A DNA stretch of 63,553 nucleotides, counting the filler, from Sphaeroforma arctica JP610 (lineage: Eukaryota): NCBI RefSeq assembly GCF_001186125.1. It is 7 parts of 2 records of this genome, joined end to end, with 100 filler letters (N's around TTAATTAATTAA, not from the genome) between each part and the next. Parts side by side here need not be neighbours in the genome. Positions count along the whole stretch, not along the records: positions 44,872 to 57,469 come from NW_014040521.1; positions 57,570 to 61,146 come from NW_014040521.1; positions 61,247 to 63,553 come from NW_014040521.1; 4 more parts are not named here. One strand, given 5' to 3'. Positions 55,214 to 63,553 of the stretch are shown piece after piece. Made by a program: the position numbers and the translations under genes. Each line of letters begins with the position of its first letter. The first letter of the stretch is position 1. Below the pieces are notes generated by a model. It saw only the letters and a program-made list of their open reading frames with translations. It was not told the origin of the DNA and searched no databases.

Positions 55214-56617
55214 CTACATGTACTGAGATTTCAGACTGGATATAACTTGCTTAACCGCCGTGTAATCCCAGGTTTGTAATCGGTTCTGCAGCAGGAATCG
55301 TGGGTCGCCGGTCGCTACGTCCTTCGCCTTCTCGCCACTGTCCAATCACGCGGATATAAATCATAGTAAGTAAGCAGGCGCAATCGAATATTGTGTGGCA
55401 ACTTTGCAATATATACCTCAATCACCCTTAACCCTATCCAAAAAAAAACCCCAGCATCGATATTATAGTAGCTCGCGATCTAAAACTGTACGTACCTGTT
55501 ACTTTTCATGTCTATGTCTGCGCCAGCTTCAAGTAAGTAGCGCATCGCTTTTGTGTGTCCGTTAATTGCTGCCGTGTGAAGCGGTGTGAGACCCTGTGAC
55601 AGCAACAAGAGGATCAATGCACATTTCATGCGCTCTTATGCTCGGTAATTATTCAATCACAAAGAATTAATGTGCAAAAGTTGTGTGCGAGGGCTGCCGA
55701 TGCCTATAATGCCGACAACTAGCATATACGGCTTTTGTCATGTCGGTGGGACTTACTCCGTGTGATTGTGCGTTCGGATTTGCACCAGTGGCCAACAGGT
55801 CTTTGATCGATTTGCAGTTGTTGTTTTTAGCAGCCCAGTGTAGCAGCGTATATCCCCTGCGATATAAAAATGGTAGGGCATGTGTATCCGGTGAGAAATC
55901 AAAGGACAATTTCCACCAACTATCGCACCAAGCACATGTATAGTAGCATACTGATCACAGATCAAATCTGTTTAATTGATTCGACATTGAAGCACGATTT
56001 GAAGTATACGGAACGGCTTACCAGAAAAAATCACGTCGTTGCGACAAATTGGCGTCCTCGAACAGCATGCGACGAAGAGCTTTTGGATCATTCTTTGCTG
56101 CATTTATCTCCGCCTGAAATCAGAACGGCATTCACAAAACTATTAGCTGAATCACCTACCATGTGCCGATGTCATTCATGTATACACTGAAACACTACTT
56201 GGTGCTAGATTTTGCATTGAAACAACGGAGTGCAATCGAAAGGCCTGATAGCTAGAATGATAATGTTGTGCGAGTCGAATCACTGTGTATAAATAAACAG
56301 CTGCCACGTGCATACATGACTGTTCAATGCTCATCCACAATGAACCTCTGAGCGAAAGCAAGACTTTATGGGTATCAACATCATTTTCCTACTGCTGAAG
56401 ATATAGCAGCTGTCACTGTCTCGATTGGACTTACCGCAAGCAACATATTCACATCCATTTTCTTCCTTAACCTCTCTTCTTGTCTGACATTTTTATCTTG
56501 TTGCACCTCAGACACATCGCTTGTGATGGAATCTGGAAACCTTTCCTTCTTTACATTGTCTATAACAGTCAAAGCGTCGTCCAAGACGACTTTGAACATT
56601 TCTCGGTTAAGTGACCC
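55214..56617 (-). CDS. Ankyrin-repeat protein, SOWAH-like, partial
   Basis: Exons 56113-56022, 55856-55757, 55593-55496 and 55337-55214 splice in phase to RRDFFWGYTLLHWAAKNN..NPNAQSHGGLTPLHTAAINGH..DMKSNSGEKAKD. A probable upstream exon is at ~56617-56393. Both ends are uncertain. Confidence 0.7.
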
Positions 56618-57120
56618 TAAGATAGAGTGAGAGAATCTAATTAGAATGCAACAGTGATTTGGGAGTGTAGGTTTTCCGAGGGTGTACATGAAGACATCGG
56701 AGACAGATCATCGCACTCGTGTATTGAACTGCACTAGTATTTACTAGAAGACATCGACAATCTCATAGCACTTAGCTGCAAGCCTCACTATTAAAATAGT
56801 GGATTTATAACTTGTTGCACCTCAGACTCGTCGTTTGTGATAGAATCCGGAAATATTCCCTTCTTTACCTTGTCTATTGTTTATGAGAGTCAAGGTATCG
56901 TCCAAGACGACTTAATATATTTCTCGGTTAAGTAACTCTTTGATAGAGTGAGGAAAAGCTAATCAAAACGCTAGAGTGATCTGGGATCATAATTTTTCAG
57001 AGACCGTACATTAAGACGTCAGAGACAGTGTGTCGCACTCGTATTTCAATTGCAATAGTATTTACTATAGATATATAGAACCTTGCACCGCATAGCTGCA
57101 AACCTCACTACTGAAATAAT
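56498..57120. repeat. Diverged ~310-bp tandem duplication containing a pseudo-exon
   Basis: 56498-56800 matches 56811-57120. The second copy has an in-frame TAA (LNREIY*) where the first reads LNREMFK. Confidence 0.8.
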
Positions 57121-60100
57121 CAAATTGCAAAGTGCTGAGCGACTCACCAAAAGATGTCATACGAGTATGAGCTGAATGAATTAGGAACTATGATACAAAA
57201 CAGATTGCGCAACTCGTGCATAGCCAGCACAGAGGACAGTAGACATCTCACATATACTAAATAACAAACAATGAGCGCAAACACTCTGAAGTAAACAACG
57301 ACAAGTATCACAACCAGACGCGTCCCATACAAGCACTATGAATGAATGATAACTCAGCTCAGAATTGCATTTCCAATGAGCAAAAAAAAACTAGCTATAT
57401 CAACACTTGGACAAAGGAAGAATATAACTGCAAACAGAACGTCAAAATGTCACAAATATACAAATACTTNNNNNNNNNNNNNNNNNNNNNNNNNNNNNNN
57501 NNNNNNNNNNNNNTTAATTAATTAANNNNNNNNNNNNNNNNNNNNNNNNNNNNNNNNNNNNNNNNNNNNGTCGACTAGTTTCCTATCTATTTCCGTCTCG
57601 TCCAGGGCATTCCACTGGTCATACCACACCGCGAGGACATGTATCTACACCGTGGCAAGCGTATAGTTGGTATCCAGCCTTGGCCATACACGCTCGTCGC
57701 CCACCTCAGGGGCGCCCAACAGCTATTTATCGTCCCTAACGCCTTTTTGTAAGACAAAGGGCCAATACATGTGCAACTTCTCTCTAAGTATCGATATACA
57801 AGGCACTCATGTACTTTGGTCAACGAGACAAGGTAGATGCAATCATTAAAGCAGATAAATTGCCTGATAGAAGTGATGGTCACTTATCAGATATGACACA
57901 AAACGTGTTGTTCTCTACGGAAGCATCTATAAGAGCAGCAGCCAAAGTACAGGCAGACCGTATGTACAGAGAGCGTAAAAGATACAACTCAAACACGGCC
58001 ACTCATAGCCAAACACAGAACGCCACTATTGCTGCACCCAAGCGTCACAAACCAGGCAGTGGCACACCAAGACAGACCCATCCAACGAGACAGCCCCAAG
58101 AGAAGAAAAGGGCGCGCGAAATACGCGCATGTTCTTATTGTAAGGTGTCAGCAGCCCAATATCGATTTTGCCAATGCCTTACGAAGACATTAAGTCAGAA
58201 CAAGAAGGCTGATGAGCATGCCAAGAACGATGTGCAAGTAGCAAGACTATCCACTACCTCACATGACCTCAGGTAAAGTAGAAAAGATAACAAGTAGCGA
58301 TGAGTCCCGAAACAACTGACGGGTGGAAGGATTGACCTCGCTGGCAGGCTAAATGTAAATACAGATAAAGAACCGTTGTTGATAAATGCGGACGATATAA
58401 ATTATCAATCATTATCATAGCTTCCCGCACCACGAGACGAAATATTACACATCGAGGTACAAATTAATGACAATACATACAGGGCACTTGTATACTAAGG
58501 TGCACAACGACCGTGTATGGACAACAGTATAGTAGCTGAAATATATCTCTCAGACAGAGCGCAACCGGGCTACATACAATTCGCACAAACAGATGCGAGA
58601 ATACAAATAACAGGGTCAACCCAAGTTTGTGACATCAACTATGGAGGAAGGAAAGCCTCTCTGTTTTTCGAATTGTTGGACCTACCAGACAAGAAGAAAC
58701 AAATACTTCTAGGTATGGACATACTTCCATACATAGGCATATACATATCAGGATCAATAAATTCACCTACACCAACAGATGCAAAATGAAAATCACTACT
58801 CACACCACACGAGGAAGACCCAGAGCACGAACAAGAAGGTTGTAGATATTCGCTTGCAGACCTCCTACAGACTAAAGCGAATATACTTCCTGACGTACAT
58901 TGCAACCTACCAGGCACTAGAGTCACTGTATCTGAAAATGAGATCAATGTCAGACAAATGAGGCACGCCAAGGTAAATTTTGGACCACATAAGTATATTC
59001 CATAAACGTTTTTAAAACATAAATGTGAAGAGGTGGCTTTCATACAGATGGTCATAGTTACAAACGAACGACACCAACAGCCGTGAACTTACCGTTGTTA
59101 TCTACTGGGGAACATGACCAAGCAGGTCTCCTCAAGAAAGTGAGAATTTTTTTTGGACTTACGGAGATCAATTATCAATTCGAGCAAGATAAGTTCGTGC
59201 TACCAAAAACAAAGAAAGTGATACATAACCTAGAAAAGCCAAAATTATTCATATTCTCGTGGAGAGGAGCGCAATAGTCGTTCAAGTCAGCGCCGTTCGG
59301 CTTACACTCACTCACAGCACAATTCCACAGAGTCATGGTCATAAACATCAAAAGAGTGCAAGTGTATGTAGATGACATAGTCATTGCAAGTCTCACAGAT
59401 GAAGAATATCGCAAGACAGTTCGTGGAGTAACCAAACGGTTGAACGGAGCGAACATCTGACTCAATCCCAACAAATATGTCTTCGCGGTCAAGTGGTCAA
59501 CATTCTAGGTGTGAAAGTAGCTACACAAGGATTTAGAGCTGATCCTCAAAAACTAAATCGAATGATGGGCTGGCCACTACCCAGAACAAAAAGAGATCTG
59601 CACGGAGCGGTGGGACTCGCAAACAATATGCGTGACAAAATCCTCAACTTTGCCCACACAACTAAACACTTCCGCAACCTAATGAAGGCAAAATGAACCA
59701 AAATATATCTATGTTACAGACACCGGAACTCAAAGAAATAGGAAGAACTCAAAGAAGCCATCACGTGTTCGGCGACACTAGCATACCCAGTCGATGGGTA
59801 CCGTTTTAGATCATGAACAAGGTCATCGATGGAGTCAGGAGAGATATTCTCTACTTCTCTAAAGACCCGAATCCAGTCCGACAACGCTATGGTACAAACA
59901 CAACTGAGCTGTTAGCACTGGTATACAATCTGGGTCATTTCTTTGAAAATATCAAAGAAGGAGACATAACACTATGGACAGATCATAAGGCGCTCACGCA
60001 AATGAACAACAAACAGAAGTTACACTCAATACTAGCCAAATGAATAGCTAAAACATTCGACCACCATTTTTTTATCATACATGTCCCAGGCAAGGACAAT

Positions 60101-60242
60101 TAGATGGCAGATATGTTGTCGCGTCTACACGAAGACACATTTAATACCAAAAAGACGCGAACAAAACAACTCACAGCAGCCAAGAGTACATCACATTGGG
60201 AACAAAAATGCCTATAACCAGATCAGCGATAGACTGCATGTA

Positions 60243-60632
60243 ATGTTACACCCCATATTCTATAAAAAAAAGCTGAAAGACAGTTTGGGAAGTTCACAAT
60301 AGATCTGTTGGCATCGGCACACAATGCATATACAGATAAATACTACACACACAAAACCAGAATGCGCTCCTATATACGTGAGCATAGGAAGTAAATACAA
60401 AACTCACCATGGGAACTCATACCCGATGTCCCTGACAAAGTCATTGAAGAGGCAACTCGCATCACGATATGTATTCCATACTACCCCAATGCAACAAACG
60501 TGGTTTCCAAAATTCCTGTCTTTATTAGAAGAAGATCCGATGCTAGTGGAAGACAAAAACAACACGCTCCTCAAAGAAGGCACGAAAACACGTGGCAAGA
60601 CCCTATGGGGTGTCACATTGGTAGCAAAGATT
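60243..60632 (+). pseudogene. Frameshifted Dam-like N6-adenine DNA methyltransferase domain in pol of element B
   Basis: Across frames: MLHPIFYKK / ERQFGKFTIDLLASAHNAYTDKYYT (ID at 60299) / QNALLYT* / NSPWELIPDVPDKVIEEATRITICIPYYPNAT (NSPW at 60401-60412) / TWFPKFLSLLEEDP. Colinear with the element A domain. Confidence 0.75.
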
Positions 60633-62172
60633 CCATACTTTGATACAACGCGGGAACAACCTGCCCTACACGTCTCAGCATTACAAACAGTTAGCCCTGG
60701 AGATGCATCAAATGTGACTAACTACGAGACACGTATCAACATCATCGAGCAATACCAAAACTTGGGACATTACACACCTGCAAAATGGTAGATAAATTGC
60801 AAGCAGATGGACACGATTGGCCACAACTCCAGCAATATGTTGTACATAGATACATTGAAGGATGCTACCGTGTCTCAAAAATAAGATTCACAAAAAGGGA
60901 GCTTATCCCTTACAGTCAATCACAGCCGCATTACCAGGCGACAAAATCCAAGTGGACACTATTGACCCACTACTGGACTAAAACAGAGGACACACATATG
61001 TGCCAGTATGGCTAGATGTGCACTCATCATATGTCATACTCAGACCAATGATGGACAAATCAGCAGCAACTGTAGCACGAACGCTGGTACCAATAGTGTG
61101 TGAACATGTGTTCTGCCACTTATCATACAAACAGATGTAAACTTCGNNNNNNNNNNNNNNNNNNNNNNNNNNNNNNNNNNNNNNNNNNNNTTAATTAATT
61201 AANNNNNNNNNNNNNNNNNNNNNNNNNNNNNNNNNNNNNNNNNNNNCTACAAGCAAACATGCGCGCAGTATGTGACCGAAAATACCAAAAGAAGTATGTA
61301 CACTTCCAGGAACGGGACATTTCATGGTCCGTTGCCAAGGTGGAATGAACAAGATGACAGCACCACATGGCGGACCATATTGAATGGTATACAGGGAGGG
61401 CATCGGGTATTTTGTCTTAACCTTGATGGGGATTATGAAGCGCAAATATCCTAACTCGGTCAGTGATGAGCTAATTGGACTCGTAAAAAAGGCCAATACT
61501 CCGCATGAATTTAATTCCAACAGCCAAGTACAACCATCCGAGAAGACTCAGTTCTCCTCGATACTCGACCATAGGCCATTTATCCAAGGTGACGGCTTGC
61601 AGGAGTACCTACTGCAATGGACAGATAGAGAGCGTACCTGGACACACGAATCAGACATCGCATATTTTGATGTTCTTACACTATACCGTCAACGCACTCG
61701 ACGCAAACGAAGGCAATCAACACCGAAGAAATCAACAGCAACGAGCACTGATGAAAGATCGGCGAGGAACAGAAAGCGCACGAGACGGGGGGACTTGACC
61801 AAGTCACTTTAATACCGAGGGACACTCCCACTCTTCTTGCCTTGAAGCAGGCTCCGCCCACACGCCAGAGGGATAAGGACTAAAGACTTGATTGTAGAGT
61901 CACTGGTGATATGCTTTTTCCCAAGCCAAGTTGATATCAACCGAGAGCAACGATCCAAACTGAATTTGATGAGCACGGCTGAGAACCCCCGTCACAGTAT
62001 ATTTATTCAATATGGTAATATGTAAGAATAGATAATAGTGGCAGGTTTTTCATCTTAAGCCCCTAAGGGACAAGTTTTTCCTTTTGCAAAAACACCAATC
62101 TTTAGATAGTCTAGAACTGTAAGATATCGCTTTCTACTTCTACGCCGGCTAAGTAGCATAAAGTTGGGAGGC

Positions 62173-62547
62173 TGTAGCATCTAGGAATCAGATTATCAAC
62201 CGAATCCAAAACCCAAAACCTTAGAATATTTAAGTATTGAGTTTTGGAAATAATATTTAAATATTCTTGATATCAGAGTCATCAGCGATATTAGCAGTAG
62301 AACGGGTAAGTTATACCGGGACTCCGCGTGTGAGAAAAACACTCAAGTAGAAACGTGAGTCCAGTGAACTAAAAAACACAAATAAAGACTCAGTTCGGTT
62401 CTCTCAGACTAGGGACTTTTCCTAGCAGAAATACCCATACTTGAGAAGAAGTCTATTGAATCCTTTGACTCGTACCTTTCAGCTACTTTTTATACTCTAC
62501 GACTGTCGTGTCGGGTTATACTGCCTTCTCTAAGGCTGTATGCTACA
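62173..62547 (+). repeat. 3' LTR of element B (375 bp)
   Basis: Perfect 8-bp inverted termini TGTAGCAT..ATGCTACA, preceded by a purine-rich tract (AAGTTGGGAGGC), with internal AATAAA at ~62381. Confidence 0.7.
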
Positions 62548-62641
62548 TTCTATGTGAAGTAGCATTTCATTCATCGTGCTATATGAATGAATTGTTCGTT
62601 AGCTCTAGAGCAGGACTTGGTATACCATTTAACATATTAAT

Positions 62642-63469
62642 TGTAGCGTTTGTTCTGTATTATGTAACAATCGCTAAGTTTCAATGTGCGTTATTATGAT
62701 TCCACGGGATCTATTCAAGGATCTATTCAGACACCTATGGTAGTCCCTTAAGTCGTAAGCTTTCTGCCCTACGATACTTGTACACGTCCTTCATCCATAC
62801 CATATGTGCATCAGCATCCCAGAACGAACAGCCTGAGCGGGTAACAACGACAAATGGTAGAATACCCCTAATATAAGCGAAACTTTGACCCACTCCCCTG
62901 GTTCACAGCATTGTACTATTAAAAGGCCATTACATTCGCCCAAATAGTTATATATAAATATCAAAGCTGGATGTCTCAACTGAAAATAGATTTCTAGGAA
63001 CTACTGGCGTTGCCAAGTTTATTGTCCGAGAAGCCAACTATGCTGTCAGTCTGATGTGGACAAGCCGGTAAATCATGATGAGCGATTAGGAATCGGCTAA
63101 AAAATACAAACGTGGCTAGAGGCGACAGGAACTTTTTCGTTTCTTCTAAAAATCGGATTTTGTATCTTCCCGCGACGAAAAGAAAAGTTTCGTTAATCGC
63201 GGAAATGAAATTGTAAACAAAAATCCGTTCGACAAATTCAGTACTGAGAAGATAATGTATAGGTAATGTATCGGCCTTTAAAACCCCCATTGTATTGCTG
63301 ATACAAGAGACAAACATAGCTTTAATGATTGACTACTTTCGCAAAAAATCTAATAAACAGACTTACAAAATACGAGTATGTAACAACTTAAGCCCTTAAT
63401 ATTTTCTCGTCAGATCAAGTCTACATTAATGCGGTACCAGTGAATACCCCGGGGGTCGTGAACGCTACA
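62642..63469. mobile_element. Possible solo LTR or terminal-inverted-repeat element (828 bp)
   Basis: Perfect 9-bp inverted termini TGTAGCGTT..AACGCTACA. No target-site duplication seen. Confidence 0.4.
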
Positions 63470-63553
63470 TCCTGGGACTTAGTTTACAACCTTATCGCCA
63501 ATATATATAAAATGTTAACCATATGTTGTACCTATATATACATACATACATAC

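Larger units (their letters stand above)
57570..62547 (+). mobile_element. Degenerate Ty3/Gypsy chromovirus-like LTR retrotransposon B: gag, protease, RT, RNase H, Dam-like methyltransferase, integrase, chromodomain, 3' LTR
   Basis: Gag-like ORF 57809-58276. Protease ALVY*GA and QILLGMD. RT FKSAPFGL and VYVDDIV. RNase H ELLALVY, WTDHKAL and HVPGKDN*MADMLSR. Integrase LGH, DKIQVD and LDVHSSYVILRP. Chromodomain-like ILDHR..EYLLQW..TWTHESDI. Many stops and frameshifts. Confidence 0.88.

Overview
Intron-rich eukaryotic DNA, probably from a unicellular holozoan such as an ichthyosporean (inference from gene content, GT-AG introns and (TA)n/(CA)n tracts). It is scaffolded with six artificial 100-bp gaps (N44-TTAATTAATTAA-N44). 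Host genes I spliced by eye: serine palmitoyltransferase LCB2/SPTLC2 (-, 5' partial), an intronless 1271-aa RAP-domain protein (-), ribophorin I (+), an intronless TM-type tRNase Z-like metallo-beta-lactamase (+), an APMAP-like first exon (+), an integrin-linked kinase homolog (+), a Flower/TVP18-like partial gene (-), a voltage-sensor-like exon (-), CCZ1 (-) and a SOWAH-like ankyrin gene (-). Both window ends hold Ty3/Gypsy LTR retrotransposons. Main observation, not evident from the ORF track: both elements carry a Dam-type (amino/N6-adenine) DNA methyltransferase-like domain in pol, just after RNase H. In the left element it is an open frame running off the window edge (DWKCNPRWF..FGPHTIDMFAAHHNAQL..AWANPPWQLI). 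In the right element it is frameshifted (FGKFTIDLLASAHNA..NSPWELIP..WFPKFLSLL) and sits between RNase H and an integrase plus chromodomain. Also noted: repeated tandem duplication of splice junctions inside introns, a pogo-like non-autonomous element and many minisatellites. All family assignments come from recalled motifs, not database searches.
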